Shown piece by piece: positions 1-8,447 of a stretch of 64,000 nucleotides of DNA (the stretch's first letter is position 1; each line of letters opens with the position of its first letter). This stretch comes from an uncultured Gammaproteobacteria bacterium (GTDB lineage Bacteria > Patescibacteriota > Microgenomatia > UBA1406 > GWC2-37-13), in contig CAYSZW010000004.1 in NCBI GenBank assembly GCA_964435665.1, positions 16,284-80,283 on the forward strand. The letters are read 5' to 3'. The position numbers were made by a program, and so were the translations under genes. The notes beneath the pieces were generated by a model. That model searched no databases and was not told the DNA's origin. It was given only the letters and a program-made list of their open reading frames with translations.

Positions 1-2
1 TT

Positions 3-893
3 CGTATAGAAATTGATTATTTTAAATATCAAGATCCAAAAAAAATAGGTCATCTCCTTATTTTTTTTAAAGCTTGTCACAAAGAGCAAATTGTAGTGGT
101 CGGTTTATTTTCACAATTTGTACCTGGCAATATTAAGAACGTTTTATTTTCTCATCATTCAAATATCTCTGTTTTAGAATACTTAGATAATTATTTATTT
201 TTTGTTGAACAGATTGTTAAGCAATGTAAAAAATATGTATTTTATTGGGAAATTTGGAATGAACAAAATTCAAAACGTTTCTGGATTAAAAGACCAAATG
301 CAAAAGAATATGTAACGTTTTTACAAAAAATGAGTGAATTAATTCAAACCATTTCCCCATCAAGTGAAATTATTTTTGGTGGTATTGTGGGTAATGATGT
401 TACTCCAATTGTATTTTTGCCAAATCAGTTTACACAATATGTCAACTTTATAGAAGAATCCATATCTCATGGAGCAAATGATCATGTTCATCATTATGGT
501 TTTCATCCGTATGTATTAGATTGTTATATTTCTTTTAAAAATAAAGATCAATTGTTACAGCTTCTTAAAAAGAGAATTTACGAAACAAGACAAAAGTATC
601 CTCAATATTCATTAATAATCACTGAGTTTGGCATAAGTGCAATGCTTCAATTAAATATAAGGGAAGAAGATATTGCGTATATCTATAAAAATCTACTTGA
701 ATTCCTTTACGATTTAGAAATACCGTTGTGTATCTATACATTAATCGATCTAGATGATAAACACTTTTTTACATTTAATCCAGAAAGAGGATTTGGATTG
801 CTGACAGAGTTATTAGAAGAGAAAAAAATGTTTACTCATTTATTAAATTCTTTAGTATCTTTGCCAAATCAACAGATTCTGTTAGATGTTTAA
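3..893 (+). CDS. Glycoside hydrolase, clan GH-A (TIM-barrel)-like; 5' end runs off the window
   Basis: The frame is open from nt 3 up to the listed GTG at 96, so the gene is 5'-partial. WEIWNEQN (acid/base NE) and IITEFG (nucleophile E) motifs are typical of GH-A retaining glycosidases. Confidence 0.55.
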   Translation, partial: RIEIDYFKYQDPKKIGHLLIFFKACHKEQIVVVGLFSQFVPGNIKNVLFSHHSNISVLEYLDNYLFFVEQIVKQCKKYVFYWEIWNEQNSKRFWIKRPNAKEYVTFLQKMSELIQTISPSSEIIFGGIVGNDVTPIVFLPNQFTQYVNFIEESISHGANDHVHHYGFHPYVLDCYISFKNKDQLLQLLKKRIYETRQKYPQYSLIITEFGISAMLQLNIREEDIAYIYKNLLEFLYDLEIPLCIYTLIDLDDKHFFTFNPERGFGLLTELLEEKKMFTHLLNSLVSLPNQQILLDV

Positions 894-1557
894 GTCTATG
901 ATCTGCAAGCATTCGTATAGCACGCACTAAATATTCTCCAAAAAAAGATTCAGGATGTTGTTTTAATCTTCTTGCTGATATAGGAACAATAAGATCTGGA
1001 TCAAATCCAATTAATGTGGGAATAGGTATATGAATAGAAATATCAAAATCTTCATGTACCTTTTTGTCGTCAAGACAAATTTCATCTTTAATACTATTCC
1101 ACATTTTTTTGGAAATAGCATAATTTGGACCGAATAAAAAGTTTTGGTGAAACATTAATTTAAGAGTTTTTGATAAAAAGTTTGAAAAAACAGTACTACT
1201 TGCAGGTAAATCATAAAAAGAAACAGGGCCAGATAAAGCTTCAATTTTGTTTTCTTTAAAATTTTCTTTTATTTTTTTAACCCAGTCTTTTGGTACCTGA
1301 GTATCTGCATCTGTTTTGACTAGAATGTCACCCATAGCTTCGTTAAATCCTCTATTTCTTGCTGGAATCATTCCTTGTTGAGTCTCATTAACTAAAGTTA
1401 CAGGAAATTCTTTAATAATTTCTACAGTTTTGTCTGTGGAATTATTATTAACTACGATAACTTCATCTGCGGGTTCTATTTGGTCTGTAATATGCTTAAG
1501 GCATTCTCTAATATATTTTTCTTCATTATAAGCAGGAATAATTATTGAAATTTTCAT
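832..1557 (-). CDS. Family 2 glycosyltransferase
   Basis: N-terminus MKISIIIPAYNEEKYIRECL, then VVNNNSTDKT and a TDAD (DxD-like) motif; classic GT2 fold signature. Confidence 0.8.
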   Translation of the reverse strand: MKISIIIPAYNEEKYIRECLKHITDQIEPADEVIVVNNNSTDKTVEIIKEFPVTLVNETQQGMIPARNRGFNEAMGDILVKTDADTQVPKDWVKKIKENFKENKIEALSGPVSFYDLPASSTVFSNFLSKTLKLMFHQNFLFGPNYAISKKMWNSIKDEICLDDKKVHEDFDISIHIPIPTLIGFDPDLIVPISARRLKQHPESFFGEYLVRAIRMLADHRLKHLTESVDLAKILKNLINE

Positions 1558-1563
1558 GCTTAT

Positions 1564-1569
1564 ATTGTA
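1564..1569 (-). promoter_or_regulatory. -10-like hexamer TACAAT ending 6 nt before the GT2 start codon (leaderless geometry)
   Basis: The reverse complement of 1564-1569 is TACAAT. The spacer 1558-1563 is 6 nt and the ATG ends at 1557. Confidence 0.35.
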
Positions 1570-1714
1570 ACAAATATTAAAAATAGGTAAGGAATGAACT
1601 ACTCTTAGTTATCCACAATATATGTAAGAGAAAGATAATACTGTCCTGATGCTATTATTTCCCATTATATTTCTATAGGATATGAGAAAAATATTCACCA
1701 ATTTATTATAGGAC

Positions 1715-1743
1715 TTGACGTCTAAAATACACTGTTTTAACAT
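1715..1743 (+). promoter_or_regulatory. Putative sigma-70 promoter TTGACG-17-TAACAT
   Basis: The -35 is at 1715-1720, the spacer is 17 nt and the -10 is at 1738-1743. The ATG at 1750 sits at the predicted +1. Confidence 0.35.
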
Positions 1744-1749
1744 AAAAAT

Positions 1750-1902
1750 ATGAATTTAAGATATATTTCAAAATATGAAGAATCAAAGAAGGAAAAGCTT
1801 ATTAAAGATAAGCAATCTGACATGAAGTCTTTTGCTAAAAAAGAATTATTTACACTAACAGAAAAACATTTAACAATACCAATTTTTATAATGAAGCTAT
1901 AA
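1750..1902 (+). CDS. Possible 50-aa small ORF (MNLRYISKYEESKKEKL...)
   Basis: Below the ORF-track cutoff. It lies between a promoter-like element and a terminator hairpin. It has no recognisable domain and lysine-rich composition. Confidence 0.2.
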   Translation: MNLRYISKYEESKKEKLIKDKQSDMKSFAKKELFTLTEKHLTIPIFIMKL

Positions 1903-1905
1903 AAA

Positions 1906-1960
1906 AGAGCATCACTACCGCTCGTATAAAGGGGACGACGTGTAGTAATGCTCTTTTTTT
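1906..1960. terminator. Bidirectional rho-independent terminator-like hairpin
   Basis: The arms agagcatcacta (1906-1917) and tagtaatgctct (1943-1954) pair with one mismatch. An A-run lies upstream and a T-run downstream. It is placed 3' of both the small + ORF and the - strand YYY gene. Confidence 0.5.
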
Positions 1961-2035
1961 CGTCTTTCTTTTTTCAAATAAAAAAACGATACTTTAAACA
2001 ATATCACAAATAAAAATTCTTGTCAATACATATCG

Positions 2036-4351
2036 CTATTTTACTCTGTATAGAGCCCCAAAGCCATTTGAAGATTCAAACACCTTTATACCTATCTGTT
2101 CAAATTTTTCTTCATTAAGTTTAGTATATTTTTCGCGTTCTAAATTAGATATTACAACATATTCTATGTGGTATTTTTTAATAATTCTTCGTGTTTCTTG
2201 GATATCTGTAGATTCATATACTGCAACAATTTCAGGAATACGATTTCCGACGATTTCAGGGGTTCCACGCCATAACCATTCATGTACCCACCACCCAGCA
2301 ACAGTAGGAATGCCTGTGTAGGCAGAAATACGGTTGTAGTCTGTATAAGAATCACCTTGTGCTTCTAAAATTACTGGTTGGTGTGGAATATTTTTTTCAA
2401 TATAATCAACAAGTTCTTTGTCTTGAGGATATTGAGCAGCCATCCATACAGATCCATCTAGTTGTGGAGGCTGTTCAGTAATCGATTTAGCTGGATAATA
2501 GGATGGAAAAGCTAAAAATGGATATATAAATACAAGTAAGAATAAAAGTGCATAAATTCCTTTTAGTATAAATTTTTTTCGTGAATTCCATAAACTAATA
2601 CGATACAGAACCAATGCTGAAGAAATACTCATAATAATAAAAGCTTGATATCCCATCTTGAACATTGTATTAGCTCTAAAATGGGCAGGATAAATATCTT
2701 TAATGTAAAAAAATTCAGGAATTAATATCAGAAATGTGCCAAAAGCGAAAGAGATAAGAATCCAATAATCGAGTGTTGAGAAAAGATTTTTATTATGTTT
2801 ATGTTCTTTGCTAGAAAAAAATACAAATATGCCATAAAGTAAGAAAGAAAGCCAGAAAAAGCCCCAAAGTATAAATAGCATCCATGGTTGAGACAACTGG
2901 CAGTTTCCTTTTTCAAACATAAAAGGACCCAGTTTTTGTATAGCAACTAAAAATGAAGGACTACAATTTACCCCTATTCCCGAAACAAATGGGGCAAAAA
3001 AAGCTGAGAACGGTAAAGAAAATAAAATAAAGGACCCTCCCAAAAGTACAGTTAAAATAAAAAATTGTAAAGAGATTCTATATATAGCAAAGAATATAAG
3101 CATGGCCATAAGTACATAAATAGGACCATCAAATGCATTAGTCATGTAATGTATTGCTATAAAGAATCCTAAAAATATAGGGAAGAGTATTTCATAGAGT
3201 GATAATTCTTTAGGAAACCAATTTAAATTAATTTTTTTGATTATGGTTGGACGATGCTTTTTTATAAATGTTAAGAACGAATCTTTAGGTTTAAACTCTT
3301 TTATGGAAAGTTGAGTTAAAAACACAAATAGTAAGGCAATTGTTAGTAGTACAAAAGGAATATCAAAAACATGTCCATGTAAATCTGCAACAACATATGA
3401 ATAAGATGGGAATTCATGAATAGTAAATGGAATAAATCGTGTTGCATTTGGATACCAATAAGCGGAATTTTGAAGTAAAGCTTCTAGAAAAGGTTTACCA
3501 GTGGCAGCCATTGTCTCTCTAATTTGATCTCCTGACTGAAAGATTTGCCAGAATGGAACAGGGCTTTCGTTAGGATAACCTTTCGTAAAAATATAAATTG
3601 TGTGTAAATTACCGGCTAAATTTACTAAGAAACTTCCTATTAATCCTAAAAGAATCATAAATAATGGATTAAGATACTTTTTAACAATATATTTTTGTGT
3701 TACATACACAGCGTTCATTGTTAATGAAAAAGCAAGTGTAATTCCTTGGCCAAAAATGGTAGCAAGCACTAAGTTATAGCCAATGTAGGGTGAAATTCCA
3801 GATAATTTAGTTAAAAAAGTTCCAGTTAAATGACCAAAGTAATAATAATTAATTGGATAGCCATTTGGCATGTTTTGATCTGCTGAATACCACATGTCTA
3901 ATGGTGGAAAATATTCAGAACGATTTATAGACTGCATAAATCCAAAATCCATAAATTTTTCTAACCCACGGATCGAAGGTTCTTGTCCACGCATGTAAAC
4001 CAAAAACAGAAAAGCTACAAAAAAGAGAAGTTCTTCAGCAATAAGAAGTACATATTGTTCTGGTGTTAATTTTTTTAATCCTTTGAGTTCTTTACCAAAA
4101 AATTTATAAAAAATGAATCCGGAAAATACCAATAAAAAAAATAGTGCTTCTCTACTAAATGGCACAATATGCAGAAGTCCTAGGATGTAAATAGTGTAGC
4201 TAGCAAGCACAATTGCAAGAGTCTTTGCAAATGGATACCCTTTATCTACAAACATACTAAAAACTCTTGCTGTTAAAGGAAAAAATAAGATTCCTAGAGC
4301 AAAAAGATATAAATACCAGGTTAAGCTTGTAGTAAACCACTCCATATCCAT
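2036..4351 (-). CDS. Large polytopic membrane protein, DUF2298 / Chlor_Arch_YYY family (GT-C-like)
   Basis: 771 aa with many hydrophobic helices. The INYYYFGH motif is characteristic of the YYY-domain family, and there is a C-terminal soluble domain. Confidence 0.6.
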   Translation of the reverse strand: MDMEWFTTSLTWYLYLFALGILFFPLTARVFSMFVDKGYPFAKTLAIVLASYTIYILGLLHIVPFSREALFFLLVFSGFIFYKFFGKELKGLKKLTPEQYVLLIAEELLFFVAFLFLVYMRGQEPSIRGLEKFMDFGFMQSINRSEYFPPLDMWYSADQNMPNGYPINYYYFGHLTGTFLTKLSGISPYIGYNLVLATIFGQGITLAFSLTMNAVYVTQKYIVKKYLNPLFMILLGLIGSFLVNLAGNLHTIYIFTKGYPNESPVPFWQIFQSGDQIRETMAATGKPFLEALLQNSAYWYPNATRFIPFTIHEFPSYSYVVADLHGHVFDIPFVLLTIALLFVFLTQLSIKEFKPKDSFLTFIKKHRPTIIKKINLNWFPKELSLYEILFPIFLGFFIAIHYMTNAFDGPIYVLMAMLIFFAIYRISLQFFILTVLLGGSFILFSLPFSAFFAPFVSGIGVNCSPSFLVAIQKLGPFMFEKGNCQLSQPWMLFILWGFFWLSFLLYGIFVFFSSKEHKHNKNLFSTLDYWILISFAFGTFLILIPEFFYIKDIYPAHFRANTMFKMGYQAFIIMSISSALVLYRISLWNSRKKFILKGIYALLFLLVFIYPFLAFPSYYPAKSITEQPPQLDGSVWMAAQYPQDKELVDYIEKNIPHQPVILEAQGDSYTDYNRISAYTGIPTVAGWWVHEWLWRGTPEIVGNRIPEIVAVYESTDIQETRRIIKKYHIEYVVISNLEREKYTKLNEEKFEQIGIKVFESSNGFGALYRVK

Positions 4352-4357
4352 ACAAAG

Positions 4358-4363
4358 ATACTA
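4358..4363 (-). promoter_or_regulatory. -10-like hexamer TAGTAT ending 6 nt before the YYY-protein ATG
   Basis: The reverse complement of 4358-4363 is TAGTAT, with a 6-nt spacer to the start codon ending at 4351. Confidence 0.3.
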
Positions 4364-6546
4364 TGATTATATTGCAAATTCAAGCTATTTTTGATAATAT
4401 CACGAATAATAGAATAGGAACTTTCATTATGATGGATTCAAAATATACACCCAAGCTATATCAGGAGAAATTATATTCTTTCTGGGAACAGAATAATTAC
4501 TTCAAAGCAAAAATAAGTAGCGATAAAAAACCTTTTTCAATTATCCTTCCGCCACCAAATGCTAATGGAAATTTACATTTAGGTCATGCAATGTTTGTGT
4601 ATGAAGATGTCATGATTCGTTATCACAAAATGATGGGTTATGAAACATTTTGGGTATTAGGATTAGATCACGCAGGAATAGAAACACAATTTGTATACGA
4701 AAAACATTTAAAAAAACAAGGTAAAAGTCGTTTCGATTTTTCGCGTGAAGAACTATTTAAAAATATCTGGGATTTTGTAATGGAAAATAAAGGAACAATA
4801 AAAGGCCAAATGCGCCAACTTGGTTTTGCACTTGATTGGAGTAATGAAAAATTCACAATGGATGAAGATATTGTACAAACAGTTTATGACACATTTGAAC
4901 ATTTATTTCATGATGGATTAGTCTATAGAGATTTTAAATTGGTAAATTACTGTACTTCTTGTGGCACTTCATTTTCCGATTTAGAAGTAAATGATAAAGA
5001 AACAGAAGGATTACTGTACCACATCAAATTTCCAGTAAAAGGTGGTGGTTCTATAACTATTGCAACAACTCGTCCAGAAACATATGTTGGTGATGTTGCA
5101 GTAATGGTTCATCCTAAAGATAAAAGATATAAAGATATGATTGGAAAAACAGTAGTACTTCCACTTACTAATCGAGAGATCCCAATTATTGCAGATGATT
5201 ATGTAGATCCAAAATTTGGTACAGGTGCAGTAAAAGTTACTCCATATCATGATTTTAATGATTTTGAAGTAGGGAAAAGACATAAGCTTTCTTATCCTCC
5301 AGTAATTGGTTTTGATGGCAAAATGCAAAATACAGAAATAACAGAACTTGATGGTATGTATGTAACTAAAGCACGCAACTATTTAGTTGAAAGACTTACC
5401 GCTGAAGGCTTTTTAGAAAAAACGGAACCACATCATATGGTGTTAAAGGTATGTTATCGCTGTGGCACTACACTTCAACCGTTACCAAAAGAACAATGGT
5501 TTATTAATGTTAAGTCGTTAGCTAAAAATGCAGTAGATCTTGTGGAAAAAGATAGTATTAAAGTGTTTCCAAAACGATTTAAAAAACAACTAACAACAAT
5601 TTTAGAAAATTTTATTGATTGGAATATTTCACGACAAATTGTATGGGGAATTCGGATTCCAGCATATAAATGTATTACAAAAGGTGAATGGTTTGTTTCA
5701 AAAGAAACACCAAAAGAATGTCAGATTTGTCATTCATGTACCTTTGTTCAAGATGAAGATACGTTTGATACCTGGTTTTCTTCTGCTCAATGGCCATTTG
5801 CAACTCTTAAGTCTGTAGGAAAAGAGTACTTTGATTACTACTATCCAACAACAGTTATGGAAACAGGATATGACATTCTACGTGCATGGGTAGCACGTAT
5901 GATAATGATCGGATATTTTGAAACCAAACAAGTGCCATTTAACAATGTATTTCTTCATGGCATGGTTCGAGACAAACATGGTCAAAAAATGAGTAAGAGT
6001 AAAGGAAATGTAATAGATCCGTTACTTATGGTAGATCAATATGGTGCGGATGCTTTACGTGCTTCACTTGTGTTTGGAACAAAAGAAGGTGGAGATGTCG
6101 TACTTTCTGAAGATAAGATTATCGGAATGCGTAATTTTGGCAATAAAATTTGGAATATTGGCAGATTTATTGAAATGAATATGCAGGTTGAAAAATCACA
6201 AGAAAAGTTGTCAGAAAATTCAAAAAAAGAAATAAAACAATTAGAAAAAGAGTTTGTACAGCTCGAAAAAGCTTATCATCGTCATTTTGAAAAACATGAA
6301 TTTGCAAAAGCTTTTGACGAAACTTATGAATTTTTATGGCATAGATTTGCCGATTATTATATAGAGCAGTTGAAAGAAGAGATGAAAAATGGTAGTATGG
6401 AGACTTCCGAAAAACTTAAAGGAATCTATTTGCAGACCCTTAAGATGCTCCATCCATATATGCCATTTGTTACAGAAGCAGTATGGCAGAGTTTTTTTGG
6501 AGAAAAAACATCTATACTGGATACAAGATTTGGAGAAAAATTTTAA
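4363..6546 (+). CDS. valS: Valyl-tRNA synthetase
   Basis: Contains HIGH (PPPNANGNLHLGHA) and KMSKS (KMSKSKGN) motifs and class Ia ValRS-like conserved blocks. An alternative in-frame start at 4429 (MMDSKYTPKLYQEK) is preceded by AGGAA. The C-terminal coiled coil is short. Confidence 0.9.
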   Translation: MIILQIQAIFDNITNNRIGTFIMMDSKYTPKLYQEKLYSFWEQNNYFKAKISSDKKPFSIILPPPNANGNLHLGHAMFVYEDVMIRYHKMMGYETFWVLGLDHAGIETQFVYEKHLKKQGKSRFDFSREELFKNIWDFVMENKGTIKGQMRQLGFALDWSNEKFTMDEDIVQTVYDTFEHLFHDGLVYRDFKLVNYCTSCGTSFSDLEVNDKETEGLLYHIKFPVKGGGSITIATTRPETYVGDVAVMVHPKDKRYKDMIGKTVVLPLTNREIPIIADDYVDPKFGTGAVKVTPYHDFNDFEVGKRHKLSYPPVIGFDGKMQNTEITELDGMYVTKARNYLVERLTAEGFLEKTEPHHMVLKVCYRCGTTLQPLPKEQWFINVKSLAKNAVDLVEKDSIKVFPKRFKKQLTTILENFIDWNISRQIVWGIRIPAYKCITKGEWFVSKETPKECQICHSCTFVQDEDTFDTWFSSAQWPFATLKSVGKEYFDYYYPTTVMETGYDILRAWVARMIMIGYFETKQVPFNNVFLHGMVRDKHGQKMSKSKGNVIDPLLMVDQYGADALRASLVFGTKEGGDVVLSEDKIIGMRNFGNKIWNIGRFIEMNMQVEKSQEKLSENSKKEIKQLEKEFVQLEKAYHRHFEKHEFAKAFDETYEFLWHRFADYYIEQLKEEMKNGSMETSEKLKGIYLQTLKMLHPYMPFVTEAVWQSFFGEKTSILDTRFGEKF

Positions 6547-6570
6547 TATTATTAATCATTTATTACCCTT

Positions 6571-6708
6571 ATGTCAAAACGAACATATCAACCTAAAGCT
6601 GATAAAAGTAAAAAGAAACACGGTTTTCTTGTACGAATGGCTACTAAAAAAGGTCAAGACGTCATCAAAAGAAGAAGAGCTAAAGGCAGAACAAAATTAG
6701 CTAAATAA
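6571..6708 (+). CDS. rpmH: 50S ribosomal protein L34
   Basis: The 45-aa translation [45 protein letters not shown] matches the L34 consensus (TxQP...HGF..RM.T..G..V...RR.KGR..L). It is absent from the ORF track because it is under 60 aa. Confidence 0.9.
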   Translation: MSKRTYQPKADKSKKKHGFLVRMATKKGQDVIKRRRAKGRTKLAK

Positions 6709-6730
6709 TTACCAATTCATATAAAATACT

Positions 6731-7615
6731 GTGTTTGAACTATTTCATGTAATTTTTGTAGAACCCATACTAAATATTTTAGTTGCTTTCTATAAACTAT
6801 TTCTTACCATTGGGCTCCCTGGAGCATTCGGTTTTTCTATTGTTGCAATCACAGTTCTTGTACGAATTGTTCTTCATCCTTTTTTTAAACAACAAATGGA
6901 TACTGCAAAAAAAATGCAGGATATTAAACCAAAGTTAGATAAACTTTCAAAAAAATATAAAGAAGATCCAAAAATGCTTCAACAAGAACAAATGAAAGCA
7001 TATCAAGAAGCAGGTATTAATCCAGCTGCTGGTTGTCTATTTGCTATTATTCAGATTCCAATTTTCCTTAGTTTGTATCAAACACTTCAACTTTTTTTAA
7101 AGGAAGATGTCAATGGTGAAATCGTAAAACAAATTAATGGAGATCTATATTTCAATTTTCTTCATATTAATTCAATTGATCCTAATTTTTTTGGTATTAA
7201 TTTAGCTCATACTCCAAGCAGTGCAGGACATTGGATTTTCTTTAGTATTCCTGTTATAACGGCAATACTTCAGTATTTACAAACAAAAATTACATTACCT
7301 TCTATGCAACCATCAGCTCCTGCAGAAAAAGATGGTGAAAAGAAAGAAGGCGGTACAGCAGAAGAATTCCAAAAAGCAATGAATACACAAATGAAGTATT
7401 TCTTCCCAATTATGATTGGATACTTCTCTTATACATTACCAATGGGATTATCAATTTATTGGAATATCTTTTCATTATTTAGTATTTTGCAACATTTTCA
7501 TATTAACCGTGATAAAAAAACAGTTGAATTAATAGATGCTACAGGTGAAAATGTACTAGAACCAGAATCTGTGGAGATGCCAAAAGAACCTAAATCAAAG
7601 AAAAAGAAAAAATAA
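6731..7615 (+). CDS. yidC: Membrane protein insertase YidC/Oxa1 (short form)
   Basis: GTG start. Conserved blocks (ITVLVRIVLHPF, MQ.IKPKL..L.KKYK.D, Y.E.GINP..GCL...IQIPIF..LY) and synteny rpmH-yidC-jag. Lys-rich C-terminal tail. Confidence 0.85.
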   Translation: MFELFHVIFVEPILNILVAFYKLFLTIGLPGAFGFSIVAITVLVRIVLHPFFKQQMDTAKKMQDIKPKLDKLSKKYKEDPKMLQQEQMKAYQEAGINPAAGCLFAIIQIPIFLSLYQTLQLFLKEDVNGEIVKQINGDLYFNFLHINSIDPNFFGINLAHTPSSAGHWIFFSIPVITAILQYLQTKITLPSMQPSAPAEKDGEKKEGGTAEEFQKAMNTQMKYFFPIMIGYFSYTLPMGLSIYWNIFSLFSILQHFHINRDKKTVELIDATGENVLEPESVEMPKEPKSKKKKK

Positions 7616-7656
7616 TTACATTCTTTTAACAATTAAAAATTATAATTTGAATATAT

Positions 7657-8175
7657 ATGGATAAAGTAGAAATAATAAAAACAAATACTCAAGAACTTGT
7701 GAGTAAGATGGTAAATGCTGCAGAAATAGAAGTTACCCAAGAAGGTGAAATGTTTCACATCAATATTAAGGTAGATGAAGAAGCACCAACAGTTATTGGT
7801 CGACATGGAGAAACAATTCGTGCTTTACAGAAAATTCTTGAAGTCATTATTTTTAAACAAACAAACGAAAAAATTGATCTTCTTATTAATGTAAACGATT
7901 ATCGAGAAAAACAGATGAGTCGTTTGCAATATATTGCTTCAGAAGCAGCTAAAAAAGTTCAGGAAAGACAATCTGCAACATACTTACGTGGATTTTCATC
8001 ATATGAAAGACGCGTAATGCATGAATACATAGCAGAAAACTTTACAGATCTTTCAAGTTTTTCTATTGGAGAAGGTCGTGATCGAAGACTTGTCGTTGAT
8101 TTAAAATCAAATCAATCTGAACGACCAGCAGAAGAACACGAACAACCAGAAACAACCGAAGAAGATGAAGTATAA
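7657..8175 (+). CDS. jag: Jag/KhpB-like RNA-binding protein (KH + R3H domains)
   Basis: GRHGETIRALQ (KH GxxG-type) and ERRVMHEY (R3H) motifs; conserved position after yidC. Confidence 0.75.
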   Translation: MDKVEIIKTNTQELVSKMVNAAEIEVTQEGEMFHINIKVDEEAPTVIGRHGETIRALQKILEVIIFKQTNEKIDLLINVNDYREKQMSRLQYIASEAAKKVQERQSATYLRGFSSYERRVMHEYIAENFTDLSSFSIGEGRDRRLVVDLKSNQSERPAEEHEQPETTEEDEV

Positions 8176-8432
8176 TAAACCGTATGTCACGTTTGTTATC
8201 TTTAATTTTTTTACTATTACTTCCCGTCATATTCCTTTTTGACTTACTTGTTTTCTTTGGTACAAAAATGAATATAACCTGTTTAACGTGCGAGTTGCCT
8301 AACTATTTTAGAACGTCATCTTTATCTTTTGTGGTATTAAGCCAGAGTTTTGAGACGTTTTTAAAAAGAAAGATACAGTAGTCTATTGTTAAGTTTTTGA
8401 TTAATAAAATTGATCTTTTAATTAGGTCAAAA

Positions 8433-8441
8433 TGATATAAT
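8433..8441 (+). promoter_or_regulatory. Extended -10 (TGaTATAAT) ending 6 nt before the ATG of the 1347-aa gene
   Basis: TG is at 8433-8434, TATAAT at 8436-8441 and the ATG at 8448, which is the predicted +1. There is no SD-like purine run in between. Confidence 0.4.
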
Positions 8442-8447
8442 TATTAT

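Noticed and set aside
832-893. 62-nt convergent overlap between the glycoside hydrolase 3' end and the GT2 3' end
   Set aside because: This is probably just compact convergent termini, or a slightly over-extended GH ORF tail. No structure or function can be attached to it.
6389-6700. 103-aa ORF in the ORF track overlapping the valS 3' end and the region after it
   Set aside because: It is read in a different frame through the valS C-terminus and through rpmH. The real gene here is the 45-aa L34 (6571-6708), whose translation matches the L34 consensus.
8184-8381. 65-aa hydrophobic ORF between jag and the giant gene
   Set aside because: It has no promoter-like or RBS-like signal that I could see, an odd composition and no motif. 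It may be a real small membrane protein, but the support is too weak to call.
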